NCBI RefSeq assembly: GCF_035594765.1
Contig: NC_085843.1
Location: forward strand, 260,191,971 to 260,255,970
From: Anolis carolinensis
Taxonomy: Eukaryota
Direction: 5' to 3'
Length of the DNA stretch: 64,000 bases
Shown here: one piece after another, positions 35,091-49,484 of the stretch
How positions within the stretch are numbered: the stretch's first letter is position 1
Layout of the letters: every line of letters starts with the position of its first letter
Program-made: the position numbers and the translations under genes
The notes under the pieces: model-generated
Told to the model about the DNA's origin: nothing
Databases searched by the model: none
The model's input: the letters and a program-made list of their open reading frames with translations, nothing else

Positions 35091-38054
35091 TAAAAATCAG
35101 GCAGGAGTTATTACCTTTAGACTACTTTGGATTTGTTATATGGAGAAAGAATATTGCTTCTATAGAGAGTAAAGCAGCCAAATTGGGATTTGAGGGATTT
35201 GGGCAAAACAGTGGTTTAGGTTTAAACCCCTTTACTCTTCTCCTTGTTCTCCTCTTGGTATGTGAGCCTCCTGTGAATACTTTTTTAGAAAAGCATACAG
35301 GAAATTTGACACACAGGTTTAACATGCTGCATTGTTTCTCTTGTATGTAATTTCATTGTGTATGAAAAGCTTAGAGATAGGCTGAGCAACTATTGAAGTT
35401 AACCTGATCTTCCAGGATATGTTTCACATTCCAAATCCTTTAAGACATACCTCATCTGGGGACCACACATTAAACACTCTGATAGTCTTTTGTGAGCAAT
35501 ATGCATAACACCTTGTGGATAGAATCACTCCTGTGTATTCAATTTAGTAGCTATAGTAGTTAATACAGGTCCAGCATATGTAATTTTGGCATCTGCTTGT
35601 CCAGTTACAATGGGTATGTGTCCATTTTTTCAGCCTGAAGCTTTGGATAGAATCCTTGTATTGATGGAACCCATGTTGAAACAGATGGTACAGATGGGGA
35701 AAATTGATCCCGACATACCATACAATTACTCATGTCTTATCTAGATTAATTTCTATCTGGATTCAGGTTTAATTATAAGGCAGAAATTTCCTGGGCCACA
35801 GTGGTGGTGAAGAGTGTATTTGCCCAGATTATATATTCACTTAAGAGGAAATACTATGTTTATGAATGCTTATAAACTATATGAATCAAAAAAGTTAGAG
35901 TGGTGTACACCAGTAATAAAACTGCTGAAAACTGCTAGACATTTGGTTGAGCATTCTGTTGTTGTGCATGCCAATATGCAGTCATCTACACAATTAAATG
36001 CATTCAGCACAAGGTTCATATAACGCAATCTGCATGATGCCACATGTGAAGGTTTAAGATACATAATTCTGATGTGGGATCTCTTTTCATTAATATCCAT
36101 AATATGCCAATATCCAAAGCAGTAAGATCCCCATGCGGGTAGGTTCCTGGCCCATCGTGCTTACTTGAAACTATGGATATGATAGAACAACATTAAATAG
36201 CATGACTACCAGTCTGGCATACCATAGAATTGTGTTGGAGGAACTAGAGATTCTTATATAGGTATCCCTTCTAGGAATTTGCTAGGTCCTCCAACACATA
36301 TCTATGGGACCTTCCACAGAAACCATACCATAGAATCACCTAGAGAACCTAAAAAATTCCTAGAGATAGCATTTACCCCAGACACAGGTAAAGTGAAACC
36401 ACGAATATGGATTAGTGGTTAGAGGAGTCTTGCTGTATACAAACTGACAGACAGTATTTATGTAATCAATGAAATACAATTAGAATTTAACTAAACTGGG
36501 AGTTTTTTTCATAAATAAATATGATTTCAGCATCTATTATTATATTTATTATGTTTATTTATACCCCACTTTTTCTCTCCACAAGGAGACTCAAAGCGGT
36601 TAAACTAAACATTTTTAATTATGTCAAATTCCTGAGAGAAGGACATTTCACATAGTAGTAGGTGCCCAAATTTCTACAATGGCCACTTCCAAACAATTGC
36701 AGAGTAGATCTTGGTCCATATAGTACTATGAAGAGGGCACCTCCAGATAACCTTAAGGAATGAATGAGTCTATAATGAGCCTATAATGTCAAAGATGGTA
36801 TCTCAGAGACAGCTATGGCTATTGTTCCAAATGCGTCCATCCTGCTAATCTCTGATCTGACCACAACAATGCCTCCTTTGCTTGCATCTCATTTGATTTC
36901 CAATGACGCACTGACCACTGTAGCCAGAAGTGACTTGGCATAATTACAGAAATCACAGCATTCCCTTGTTAAGGCAGCTTCAATGGTGTTGGCTTCCACC
37001 TGCAGAATCTTGTTGGGCTTGGGGCTGGTCTATTTAAAGACTGTTATCCCTTATGAATTTGCTCAGGTTTTAAGATCAGGGGAAATGTTTTCCACCACCA
37101 TCAAAGGCATGTCTTTTGGAAATTCAAGAGAGGGCTTTCTTTGTAATTATTCCCAGGTTATGGAATCCCTTGCCAAAGTCGACTCTCTGTTGTCTTTCCA
37201 TTTCATTCACTGATGCTTTTACCCTTTAAGCTGGATCATTATCAAAGAAGTGTTGCTGTTTCTTTCACTGGTTTGTTTTTGTTGTGTTTTAGCCTATATT
37301 TATGTTTTGCAATATTTATTTTGAATGGAATTCTATAATTGCTAGCCCATTGACTGTTTTTTTCTGGCAAAATTGCAGAATGTAAATCAAAACAGTTATG
37401 GATATAACTGAAAAAATTAATCATTGCAGAAAATAATATTTCACATGTACCAGTTTTTGTATAGTATTTGAACCATGATAGTCATGAATACACGACACGT
37501 GACAGCTTTCTCTTTATAAAATTTTGAATCTGAGGAACTACTCAAGAATCACTATAGTTATATTTCACTGCTGCTTATGTATATACAGGCATTATTGTAT
37601 GTGAGAGCTGTTTATAGCTTGATTTTCCACTATGTTTTGCTTTTATCCTTTTATGACTAATCTAGGATCACAATAAAGATGGTTGCTCAATGTTTTTATA
37701 TCTTTATCTTTGGGATTTTTTAATAAAAAATTAATCGGCCAAAATCTTTAGATCTATTAGTTTTAAAGACATCTCTAGACTTGGTTAGTATAGTCAAAGA
37801 AATTCTGAAAATATTTGTATTTTCTCAAAATATAATTTCCGGACAGAGTATTAAAAATGTTATGTCACTGGATTTGATACTAGCCAAATCTTTTTCTTAA
37901 ACATTATTTCCCCTAGCTCCCAAATTCATATCTTTTAGACAATTTCTGATAAAAAACTGAGGGAAAGTTACATTTTAACAACTATTATGTATGCAAAGGT
38001 TTGAATCTTTAAACTCTTTCCATTACTTCACAATGGTCAAATTCATTTAAAGGC

Positions 38055-38185
38055 TTACATTCAATTGTTACATCCAACTAGAGTGGCCCAAGGAATCAAT
38101 GCCATTTGTATAAGTATTGACTTGCCATTCATCAATTGATTCAATGGGTCTACTCCAGTTAGAACTATCAATTTGATTTTAGGCT
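38055..38185. repeat. Old palindromic element
   Basis: caactagagtggcccaaggaatcaat ... attgattcaatgggtctactccagttag are inverted arms; related to the element split by the 1445-4470 L2. Confidence 0.65.
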
Positions 38186-38429
38186 ATAATATTTTGATTG
38201 ATAATGGCTTGAATCCCAAAATGGAAATCAATAAGCTTAAACTAATATATACTCAAATGACCCAACATGACTAGTGTAAGAATCATAAGTACCGATTTTA
38301 AAAAGCACATCTATCAAATTATCAAATGATAAAAACGTATAGATTTCAAATTGGATGAAAAGAGATCAAGGTCATCTACCCCCAATGCATCATACCAATC
38401 ACTAGCAAAAACAGTCTAAGTATGCTTTT

Positions 38430-38822
38430 TTATCATGTCATAAGCGACTTGTAAACGTACTGCAAGTGAGAGAATTGGCCATCTACAGAGACGTTTCCCA
38501 GGGGATGCCCAGTGGCTTCTCTCATGTCCCCGCAAGCTAGAGCTGACAGAACAGGGGCTCACTCCATAGGAGATTCCACCTGAGCATTAGGAAGAGCTTC
38601 CTCACTGCCCCGGAGTGTGGTGGAGGCTCGTTCTTTGGAGGCTTTCAAGCAGAGGCTGGATGGCCATCTGCCAGGGGTGCTTTGAATGATATTTTCCTGC
38701 TTCTTGCAGGGGGTTGGACTGAATGGCCTGTGAGGTCTCTTCCAACTCTACGATTCTATGAACTGACAAGCTTCAGGTCAGCAGTTCAGCCAGCACAAGG
38801 GTTTAACCCATTGCGCCACCGC
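38430..38822 (-). mobile_element. SINE with tRNA-like head and Vingi-like tail, containing a + strand CR1 3' fragment (38566-38761)
   Basis: Minus strand head gcggtggcgcaatgggttaaaccc, tail cttatgacatgata; insert matches the CR1 end and finishes gattctatg. Confidence 0.8.
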
Positions 38823-39444
38823 AAGTATGCGGAAACAGATAAACAAGGCCACTGAAATTTCAATTAAAAGATCTTTAAACCAGATATATATTGAAAAAGA
38901 AACAAATATAAACAATTTCTAAACTGGGGAGCGAGTGGCTTTATTATTCTGTTGCAACAAAAACAAGCAAAAAGTCTTAAAGGCTGACAAAATTCATTTG
39001 GCACTGCCTTTTCTGAACCACAGAGTGTTGTCTCAATTGCTGTTCATTATATACAAGCCTGAATGGATAATGTAGGTGAATGGAATAGGGATTATATGAT
39101 TGAATCAGTGTGGTCAGAGGGAAAAAGATATAATGCAAAAACAAGAAATTAATATCCAACATGAACCCTTAAGAAACAACAGAATGAAAGATGTGTGGAT
39201 ATTTTACAACCAACTATTTTTGCAGGAGCGTGAATGAACCCCTAAGAGATTTCACTCCTCTTTCCTTCTAACTTGTGTTCAGAGAAACACAATGCAGTAC
39301 CTTCACGGTTGCCAGAGAGACACAGCCAAGGCAGGTCAATCATGTTTTGTTATCTAATCCTACCTTCCCATCACTTCTGTTTAGGTCAAGTCTTTGATGA
39401 ATGTGAAAAACTTTGATCTTTTCTCTATAAACAAGAGCTACCCA

Positions 39445-39596
39445 CAGTGGTGGCTGAAGGTCACACTGTTAGTGGGACGATGAATCTTTTCTGGGTTTTA
39501 GTCCAATGGTTAAAGGAACTGTTCACGGTGCTGAACCTATAGGTCCTTTAAACATTTGGACTACAAAGCTGGAAGTAGACCTGTCAGCTGCCACTG
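39445..39596. mobile_element. Small hAT-like MITE
   Basis: TIRs cagtggtggctga / tcagctgccactg; ctaccca duplicated on both flanks. Confidence 0.7.
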
Positions 39597-40097
39597 CTAC
39601 CCATATATCTTCACTATTTCAGCATTTATCACAGCACAGTTGTTCCACTTTTACTTTATGGCACTTTTGCACTGATCTGTCCCCTTGGAGGATGATCATT
39701 AGTTGTTCAGCAGGAATATCTATAAATCTTTCATGGGTACTGATGGACTTCTTCCATAATATACTCCCTGGGTTCCTCTTGATTGTTATCCATACTTAAT
39801 TGTTTTAATCTCTGGCAGTGAAACTGGCCAGTTTGATTTCTTAGTCACTTTCTCTTTCCTAAAAACAAACCCGTGAGCAATTCAAAGTCTGGCTTTGACC
39901 TAGAAATCTGTCTATAGCATAGGTCTGGGTTTTCTGACAGACTACATTTTCCATGTGAGTTTGCTGAGTACCTGATATCAGAAGAGCTTCTTCTTTCATT
40001 CCTACTACCTTCCCCTTTTTGTATATTTTAATTAATGTTGTAATTGTTCAAATTTGTAAGCTTTCTTGAGTCCTGGTTATGGGGGTAAAGGGCATGA

Positions 40098-40325
40098 AAG
40101 CCGGTGTGGTGCAGTTGTTTGAACATTGGACTCTGGCGAACAGGGGCTGAATTCCTGCTTGGCCACAAAACCCACTGTGTGACCCTGGGCAAACTGCACT
40201 CAGCCACAGAGGAAGGCAATGGCAAACCTCTTCTAAACAAGTCTTGCCAATCCCATAATAGAGCAAGATGCCTTAGGGCATCATAGATTGGAAATGACTT
40301 GAAGACAAACAGCAGCAGCAACAGC
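40098..40325 (+). mobile_element. tRNA-head CORE-like SINE
   Basis: agccggtgtggtgcagttgtttgaacattggactc...cccactgtgtgaccctgggcaa...gacttgaagacaaacagcagc. Confidence 0.8.
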
Positions 40326-41707
40326 CACAGGTGGTGGTAATTGCCTTTACCCAGCAGGCCCCAAAAAAGCAAAGGCAGTTGGTGAATATCTCTTCCAGGG
40401 CTCAAGGATGCCACAGGATTCAAGAACAGGTTAAGAACCAAAATATAGACAATTCAGTATTGTTTGGGACAAAAAAAGAAGGATCAAAACTAGAGTTTAG
40501 GGTGAGGAACTTGGAAATCAAACTTAGGTGTGGTTCTTTGTCTGTAAATCAAACTAGATTAGCATTAACAGGAAGTGCAGAAATTACTAGAAATTGTGTT
40601 TTCAGACATAAAATAATTTAGAGCCAGATTAGAGATGGCATTAGTCATGTATTTAGTTCTTGTGCAGTTAACAATTAACCATTCCAGCCTGAGACCATTC
40701 ATACTTGAGGAAAATGGTCTTGACTATTCCTTTACTCATGTGAGTCTTCTTCGACCAGCAACAGTTTTACTGGGCAATGGTGACTATAGACTGCTATATT
40801 AGGAAGCACAGCGATTTCACTCCACATTTTAGCCCAAACTTTAACAGTACTACCCATTCAAGATGTTGAATCTATTTTCAGGACATTTGAAATTTCCATT
40901 ATGCTTGATCTAAAACTCAGAGCATCCCAATGATATGGAATCCCAATGATATGGAATCCACCATTTGGTTTGCTTCCTAGTAACTATAAAAAAATTATCA
41001 AAATTTGACACTAAGACAGACCTGGAAAAACATCTCCATGTAAAATGTGTTGTCTACCACTGAGTTATGCTTGACCACTCTTACCATGCCCAACCATCTC
41101 CTCTGCAACCAAAGATCACTGAAGTGGTTGATTATATTTAGTCCTTGGTTCTAAAGTTGGGACATTGCAATTTTTAATCAAATAGAAAAATAACCCTGCA
41201 TGGCTGATATTATGGTTTTCATAGAATCTACCATAAAAAGCATCTGTACATATGAACATTCCTAAGAATTCCTTTTAACAGTACTATGCCCAGTTATGGT
41301 ACTATGATTCTATTTTAACTGTCATAGAACTGTTCTACAGAATTCTGAGATCTGTAGTTTTGGGAGGGCTCTTTAGAATTCTCAGTAAGTGAGGTCTAGG
41401 TTCTGATCAAATGTAAGCATTCTATATGAAGGATCCATGGCAGTTTAATGGTAAACGTAATACTTTAATAGTGTAGTATGAAAGTGCCTCAGATGTCTAC
41501 ATTCAAGGCATGGATTGTTGGATGAGAGGGCAACAAGCAGTGTTGAATGAGTGGTGGCCCTCCAGTGAACCCTTAGATGTATATAGAAAAGATGTTCTAA
41601 ATAGCCACTATTCTGGATGGATCCTAGCATGCGAGTCCAGTGTTAAGAGCAGTGGAAAGTAATAGTAAGCCAGTTTTTAGTCCCCACTTAGCCATGAAAC
41701 TCACTCA

Positions 41708-41855
41708 GATCCCTTCTCCACTGCCACATAAATTCCAAATTATCTGCTTTGAACTGTATTATATGGCAGTGTAGACTCATATAACCCAGTTCAAAGCAGA
41801 TAATGTGGATTGTCTGCCTTGATAATCTGGATTATAAGGCAGTGTAGAAGGGGCC
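41708..41855. mobile_element. Harbinger-type MITE nested in a SINE remnant
   Basis: cccttctccactgcc...ggcagtgtagaaggggcc followed by taa. Confidence 0.82.
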
Positions 41856-42882
41856 TAAGTGACCTAGAAATAATCAGTATCTCTCTCATCCCACCTCACA
41901 AGATAAAAGTTCAAAGAAGAGCCCTATGTGATTTCTTTGAATTCATTGGCAAAAAGATGAGATGATATGTAATAAATAAATCATATTCCAATAAAAATAT
42001 GAAGGAAATTGAAGTCACCATGCTCTTGTCACCAATATATTTGAGTGCCATCCTTTGGGGGTCACCATGACATAGTGTATCATTATTTTTGGACCAGAAG
42101 AATAGCATAAATGCAAGTTGATCTTCTGTCACTGTCAACTCATAATTGAGATTGCTGCATTCAAATGAGATGCAAGATGCCAGCATAACTTTCAACTGCT
42201 TGCCCAGCCAGCTTCTGTATGTGGTTTTCTTTCTTTGCTTCAAAAACCACAAAATGTATAGGGCTGGCTCAGAAAAAGAAACACAAATGAAAGTATAGTA
42301 TCCCTTAGTTAACAAAGCCTATGAGAGTAAAAATACTTTTTATAAAGGCTTTTTTTGCCACCCACTCCCCTTTTCTTCCTTATCTTCTGTCTTGCTGGAA
42401 GGTTTTCTAGTCGCTTTGGCGCTGGAGGATTGTGAGAGGAGGCAGGAGAAACGTTCAGTATCAGATTGCAACAACATTTCTTCAGTAAACAACACAGTAA
42501 CAAGGCTTGAGTTGCATTTTGCTCTAGCCAGTTCTACAGTACTTGCCTATCACCTATAGCAAGCAAGATAAATAGCTGCTGCTTCCAGAATGCCTTCCAG
42601 AAAGAAGGCAAGCTAGAGAAAAAGGGGAGAGCAAATAAGCCTGCATCGCCAGATACACCAGTCATGTCAAAAATCATATGTCTAGAGTTTAGGCACCAAA
42701 ATGTGAACCATAAGAAAAGAACAAGCTTTTGAAAGAAAACATATCCCTGGATGCATTTCGTGGGCAGGTGGAGAGCTTTCCATTGACCTTTTGTTTACTT
42801 ATGCTAAATTTTTCTGATCTGAAAATATTGAGCTGCTCTTTTTTGTGGTGTAAGAACCCATCACGATTTCTTCCATGTTGTA

Positions 42883-43101
42883 CAGTGGGCCCTTGTTATC
42901 CACTGGGATTTGATTTCAGAATCTCCATATATACTAAAATCTGTGAATGATCAAGTCCCATTATATATAATGGAGTGTAAAAATGGTGTCCCTGAAATAA
43001 AATGGCAAAATCAATGTTTGCTAATTTTGGTGGTGATGGACAGGGGAGGGGGTAATTTCAAATTGCGGATGGCAGAATCTGTGAATATGAAGGGCAAACT
43101 G
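42883..43101. mobile_element. Tigger/mariner-type MITE
   Basis: TA|cagtgggcccttgttatccactggg ... gaatatgaagggcaaactg|TA. Confidence 0.75.
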
Positions 43102-44059
43102 TATCTGCCTCATGTACCAAATTTTTGTTAATATTGTTGTAGTTATTACATTTCATTAGAACTTGCATTTTCTCCAATAATATCCAGAAACATATGTACT
43201 TCATTAACGGAGGTATTTGCAGACTACAACAGAATTGATTGACTGCTTCAAATGGTAGATTAGGAAGTCACACTTGATTGTGTGGTTGTGTACATGAGTA
43301 AAACAGGGAGTGCAATACACAATTGATAGGCCATATCTGTCTTTGCCTGTGTTCTGATTTCTATGAAGAAAATATACTTGTTTAAAACAGAAAATTATAC
43401 TCCAGTAAGCACAATTCACCACTGAAACAAGGTTAATTTCCTCCTTGTTTTAATCTGTCTGATTTTAATGAAAATACATTTCTCAAAATTGAAACCAGAA
43501 ATGAATTTCTGTCACATTAATGAAGGGAACGTTGCTGCCTACAGAGGGGTTACCCGGGGCAAACAATGGTCCCTGCAAAAGGTACCCACCCCTGGAGCAA
43601 AATATTTCTGGTAAACAGAAAAGTAGCGCAGCAGCAGGAAGCAGGCTGACTTTTTCAATAATCAGCTTTTTTCCCCTACTTACGGTGCATTTTTGTGATC
43701 AAAGATGACATCTCCCACTGATGGCCTGGTGTTATCCTTTCCATCACCAAATCTTTCTAGTGCGTATGTTGCATATAGACAGCAGGCCTGAACAGAAACA
43801 GATCCGATGCAGCAAAAAAAGTCCTAAGTCTCAGTTAAGTTTTAAAACTGTAGAAGCAGTTTTCTTTTGTAGAAGAACATTTCCCTCAAGTCAGACATTA
43901 GAGGGCCTTTCACACAACAGTCAACTCTCCTCATCTTCTGTGGTTAGGTACAGGACTCCAACAAAAGTGGGAAAACCACAAATTAAACAAAAACATTTAA
44001 TTTTAATTACCAAGAGAACACCTCTCTTGGTAATTCTAGGGGGGACATCTATGCTGTCG

Positions 44060-44374
44060 AATGGCTCAATGCTATAGAATCATAGGAATTACAGTTTTAA
44101 CAACATATTTAGCCTTCTCTGCCAAAGAGTGCTAGTTCCTCATCAGACTACAACTCCCATGATTCCATAGCGTTAAGCCATGGCAGTTCATGTGGTGTCA
44201 AACTGCATTAATTCTATAGAGCAGTGGTTCTCAACCTGTGGGTCCCCAGATTTTTTGGCCTACAGCTCCCAGAAATCCCAGCCAGTTTACCAGCTGTTAG
44301 GATTTCTGGGAGCTGAAGGCCAAAACATCTGGTGACCCATAGGGTGAGAATCACTGCTATAGAGTAAATGCACC
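44060..44374. mobile_element. Palindromic MITE with nested hAT-Charlie/SPIN-like MITE (44222-44356)
   Basis: Nested element has TIRs cagtggttctca / tgagaatcactg and perfect TSD ctatagag (44214-44221, 44357-44364). Confidence 0.88.
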
Positions 44375-44543
44375 TTAGGTCCTCTAATGCAACTCTCTGG
44401 TCAGCATCTACTGGAGGTTGTACTAGAAGACCTAGGTATTTCTAGAGAGTCCATATTAATCAAATCCATGAAAAATGAAATCTGTAAAAGTTAAACCCAC
44501 AAATGTTTCCACAACTATGTTACAGAACTATCATTCTACTTTT

Positions 44544-45207
44544 TTATTTATTTATTTATTTATTTTTCAAACTTATATGCCACCACTCCCCTAGGGCTCG
44601 GGGCGGCTCACAAGAACCGGCTAAAACAACAATTTAAAAACATCTTAAAAACATCTTTAAAACATCTTTAACAAAACATCTTAAAAACATCCTAAAAGCA
44701 CCTTTTAAAACATCAATAACAGAACTCAAAAGCCTGCCAGAATAGATGTGTCTTACATGCCCTGCGGAAGGCCGACAAGTCCCGCAAGGCACGAACTTCA
44801 GGTGGCAAGGTGTTCCAGAGAGATGGCGCCACTACTGAAAAGGCTCTGCGTCTAGTTGCCATTAGACGCAAGGTCTTAAAACTGGGGACCTCCAACAGGT
44901 CTTGGTCCTCAGAACAGAGGGATCTCTGGGGTTTGTAGGGAGCTAGGCGATCCCTCAGGTACATCGGCCCTAGATCATGCAAGGCCTTAAAGGTAAGTAC
45001 CATCACTTTGAAAGTGATCCGGTGCTCAATTGGTAACCAGTGCAGCTGCCGTAAGATTGGTGTTATGTGGCATCTCATTGGGACACCCGCAAGGAGCCGG
45101 GCCGCTGCATTTTGCACCAATTTGAGCTTCCGGATCACCGAGACAGGTAGGCCAGTGTAAAGGGCATTACAGTAGTCCAGTCTCGAGATGACCGTAGCCT
45201 GGATCAC
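44544..45207 (-). mobile_element. 5'-truncated L2 (a further subfamily) with open C-terminal frame 44713-45207
   Basis: SRLDYCNALYTGLP...LHWLPIEHRITFK...AFSVVAPSLWNTLP; 3' stem-loop tgagccgccccgagccctagggga; (TAAA)n tail. Confidence 0.93.
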
Positions 45208-45915
45208 TTTAACTGAAATCCTATGAAATTTTTAGGTTGTAGTTTGGCAAGGCACTAGAGGTCTCATGCTGAGGATAAGGAATACTCCTCACTAAACTGC
45301 AAATCCCAAGATTCCCTAGAATCACTGAAAGTGGGACATAGCACTTTAATCATGTAATTTGAAAGGATGCTAGAGATCTTCAACCAGAAACCTACACCTG
45401 TCCCTCAAGCTATATACTCTGTTGGCAGAATTGCCATCCAAGAAATGAAATAGATATGAAGATTTGTCAGTGGCAAAGGGCTTGGTAGTAGGCTGTTTTA
45501 GACACAAAGCTGAGTCCTCACATTTTTGTAAGGTAAAGGGGGAGAAATCATACCTCGTCTACCCCCAAGAAGGGGGGAAATGCAAAATTCCTCTCCTGCA
45601 CTTTTATGCTGTTATTTTCAGACAAATTTCTTCCCCCTGGATCTAGGCTACATTTTAAATGCAAGTCTTTATTAATGGGAGACTTTCAGAATTTATCAAA
45701 ATGGCTTTTTTCCATTAAAGTTTCTGTAACTTAGTATAATTTAGAGAACTAAGCATGATAATGGGATACAGCTCAGAGTTTGGTTTTAAAGTAGAATTAA
45801 ATAGGACATTAGGATGTGCCTGTTAAAAAGATGGGTTGCTGTAATAACTAAAGTGCTGAATGTAAGAATCATGTGGAAAAAGTCAAAACTGCAATGACTT
45901 GATTGATCTGGGTAC

Positions 45916-45963
45916 AAGAAGAAGAAGAAGAAGAGGAAGAAGAAGGGGAGGAGAAGGAGGGGG
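45916..45963. repeat. (GAA)n / purine-rich microsatellite
   Basis: Directly visible. Confidence 0.85.
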
Positions 45964-46497
45964 GAATCATTCCAGTTATAAGACTTCATTTATAATTTTA
46001 TTAGTGAAAAATGAAATATCCATGCTCATTTTTTGTCGTTAGTTTTTCTTTCTCCTGTTCAGTATATGAAAACATTTTGTCACTTCTTACTCTGCAGGAA
46101 ACTCCATTATTTCAGCTTAATCATTCTCCATCTGTCTTTGTTTTACGGAAGTCCATTCAGCATCATTTGCTGATCTCATCATGACAAGTAGGATGTCTCA
46201 AGACGTTCTGCTGCCTGAAGGACTACAGCAATTGAACACTCACCCCAATATCAGGTGCAGAATACTTATAGCCAACAATGTTATTATTATGGAATATGAG
46301 GCAGAAAATTCCACAACTGCATCTTACTCTCTCTGGCAGGAAAAAAATACAATAACAAATTAAATAACCATCCATTTGCTGCCCTTTCCTTTCATCTCCA
46401 AAGCCATTTTCTCAGATGGTAACTCCATTCTGCCTAACAGTAAAGCTGGTCATCAAAATTTCCTAACCTCCAGATTGCATTTCTAAGGAAGCAAATA

Positions 46498-46825
46498 CAG
46501 TTAGCCCTCTCCATTCACTGGGTCTAGGACCATGAAAGCTGAAAAATTAAATAAAAATATTTTTATCTGAGATAATATCTTTTTAGGAATCTCTAGTCCC
46601 TCCAATGCAACTCTGTGTTCAACTTCCATCTGAGCTGACCATGGAAACTCACCAGAAGACAAAATGCCTAAAGAAAGATACGATCTATAAATCTCTTGGT
46701 CTCCCAGTGCAACTTCTGGTGGAAGTGGACCATAGAGTGGTGCTGGAGACCTAGAGATTCCTGGGATAACATGTTAATTAAATCTGCAAATAATCAAATT
46801 CACAAAGTCGAATTTGCAAACGTGC
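46498..46825. mobile_element. Ancient Tigger-like MITE (related remnants ~36170-36437 and ~43915-44510)
   Basis: TA|cagttagccctctccattcac start and internal inverted ctaggaatctctag / ctagagattcct repeats. Confidence 0.55.
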
Positions 46826-47964
46826 TATCTGAGACTTTTGTCCAATTGCATCACTGCTAGTTCATGTTTTTCTCTTTTGTAATAACACTAAATTTTAGTA
46901 AGTTATGAGGTGCAGAGGCTGATTGTGGGACTACTGTATATGTAATGCCATATAGGGGGACATAGAATAATACACATTTATTAGAATCAGCATGCCCTGT
47001 AATTCTGTGTGCAGTTATCAGGAAGGAAACCCCATGGAACTCAGTAGTGCTATCATTTCACTGCATGTGTTTGGCTTGTTAAAAAACGCACCAAGCTTTA
47101 ACAATGGAACTACAGCCCACTAAAATGCACCATTTAGCTTTTAATTAGAAATGAACAAAAAACACTTTGCAAAATGTTCCTATTTAAATAATTAGTGTGC
47201 AATTGTTCTGTCAAAGGAAAGACAGCTCCTATTGCCACTTGATTCTTTTACTTTCTCTGATCTCCTTCAGGTTAATGTGCCACCAAAAATGGTAAAACTT
47301 GAAATTCTTGTTATCACTTCATTTACTTTCTAAAGAAAACAAATTTTCTGGAGTTTTGGCTCTGCCTTTCACTAACCTACTTAGCTATTTCCCATGCACT
47401 GTCCTGCATGTTTTGTTAGAGCAAGAGATGCTATTCTGACACACCCATGACTTCAGACCTTGCATTTGTGTACTTATTTTATTTTGTTCAATCATACTTA
47501 CAGTCCCAATTGAGGCTTTGAGTCCCATTCTAGAGAGAAAGTGATAAGCACTAGGAGCTTTCAGCATCAGAGGTTTCAACTCAAAACATCCACATACTTT
47601 CAAAATGATAAATATTGGTTCTCCTAGAGGTGAGAGTTCAAAACTAATTGACTGAATTTCTAGAGATGTGTGGTCACATCAGTAACCATATATTCAACCA
47701 TATATTGAACCACACAACCAATCAAGTATCAAATAATGTAAGTGTCGACTTCGTATGCATGAGGAGTGTGTGTACCTAAATAGCACCGTTTGTGCCATTA
47801 GGCTTTGTGATGGAGAACAGACCTGCAGAGAAAGGTTCCTCCAGTATTTGGAAAAATTTAGACCAAGATGCTAAAAGTTGGTCCCCTCTTTGATTAACTC
47901 CCATCCCTTTTCTGGTCTATAGTATCTTTATTCTTAATCAGCTGAAAAAAGGGGGTAAGGACAT

Positions 47965-48945
47965 CATTATCATATTTTATTTGTTACACAATCAAAACAC
48001 ATCACCATAAAATACATACCATAAAATACATAAATTAAAACATATCATCACAAAATACATTTATTGAAATACATATAGTGCAAGGATTACAATTCAATAC
48101 ATATACATATACAGGCAGTCCCTGAGTTACAACATCTCACTTACAAATGACTAATAATTAAGAACAGGGATGAAGCAACAGGAAGAAATCTACCCCTAGG
48201 AAGGGAAATTCATTCCTGGAAGAGTTATCAGTGGGAGAAGGTGTCTCTATTGACACTTTTATCACAGATCCTTGTTTTCACAACAAGCCATTTTTTCAAA
48301 ATCCAATTATCACAGGGACAGAAAATTAGGTGAAATCTTCTGCACAGACAGCAAAACAAACACCGCAAGGGTGTTCGCCTTCCCTATACTATCTAAAGCT
48401 AATAAATATAGATTTTGGCTGGAGTTACATTTCAAAAATGTATCTGTTCTGACTTGCATCCAAATTTGACTTAAGAACAAACCTACAGAATCTATCTTGT
48501 TCATAACTTGGGAACTGCCTGTATTGATATGCAAATAGAATGTAAATTTAAAATCCCCCATTCAAAATTGACTGTGGTTAGGCTTGCCAGAAGGGATATG
48601 TCTTCAGTCCTGTCCTGACTGCTGACAGATCATTTAGCTGTTGAATCTCTTCCAACAGGTCATTCCACTGTCTAGAGGCAGCTGATGAAAAAGTCCTCTG
48701 GGTGACAGTTGCCAGTTGAGTTCTGGCTGGTTGGAGTAAGCATCCCGCAGATGACCTAAGTGTATGGGGTGGATGATACATGAGAACGCAATCCTGTAGG
48801 TAACTTGGATGCAAACCTGGTAGCGCTTTAAAGGTTATAACCAGCACTTTGTCCAGAAACTAAGTGGCAACCAGTGAAGTGACTGTAGTATAGGTGTAAT
48901 ATGCTCACTCCTAGATGTTTCCGTAGCCAATCCAGCTGCCATGAT
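47965..48945 (-). mobile_element. Old L2 fragment interrupted by a Tigger-like element
   Basis: Frame LVITFKALPGLHPSYLQD...TFSSAASRQWNDL resembles the L2 C-terminus. Confidence 0.75.
48112..48521. mobile_element. Tigger/pogo-type non-autonomous element
   Basis: TA|caggcagtccctgagttac ... ataacttgggaactgcctg|TA. Confidence 0.9.
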
Positions 48946-49484
48946 TCGAACTAATTGGAGTTTCTGAACATAACGTATTCATCTGCTGATTTATAGCTAT
49001 AGATGCAAATTGAAAAACATTATCAGTAATTTGAGTTTCAGTACCAGTAGACCTGTCTGTGTGGTTAGTCATCAGGTGTTGCCAGTTGATGGACATCTTT
49101 TTCATTGTTCTTTTACTTTAAACTGAGGGGTTGGACAAGACCTTCAAACAGAGAATGCCTTCAGAGGTCTATCTTTCATACACCTCTGGTCATGATACTA
49201 TATCTTCACTTACTCAATCCCTCTGGGTCCTATCTATATAGACTTGAAAGAGAGAGGGGGAGATGAACAGCCATTTATCCTTGGTCCTATTACTGACTAA
49301 GAGCTTTCTCATAAAGGTGAACAAACATCACAAGGAAGCAGAGGGGAACAGTAGAAGGAGAAGAGTTTGTAACTTCAGTGTAGGCTGTGTAGTTTGTATG
49401 GGCAAAATTCCGGTTTGACTCATCATGGACAGAAACTTGACAGGCCTATGCTTGTTTGGATGCTAGTAATCAAAATAAAGATTT

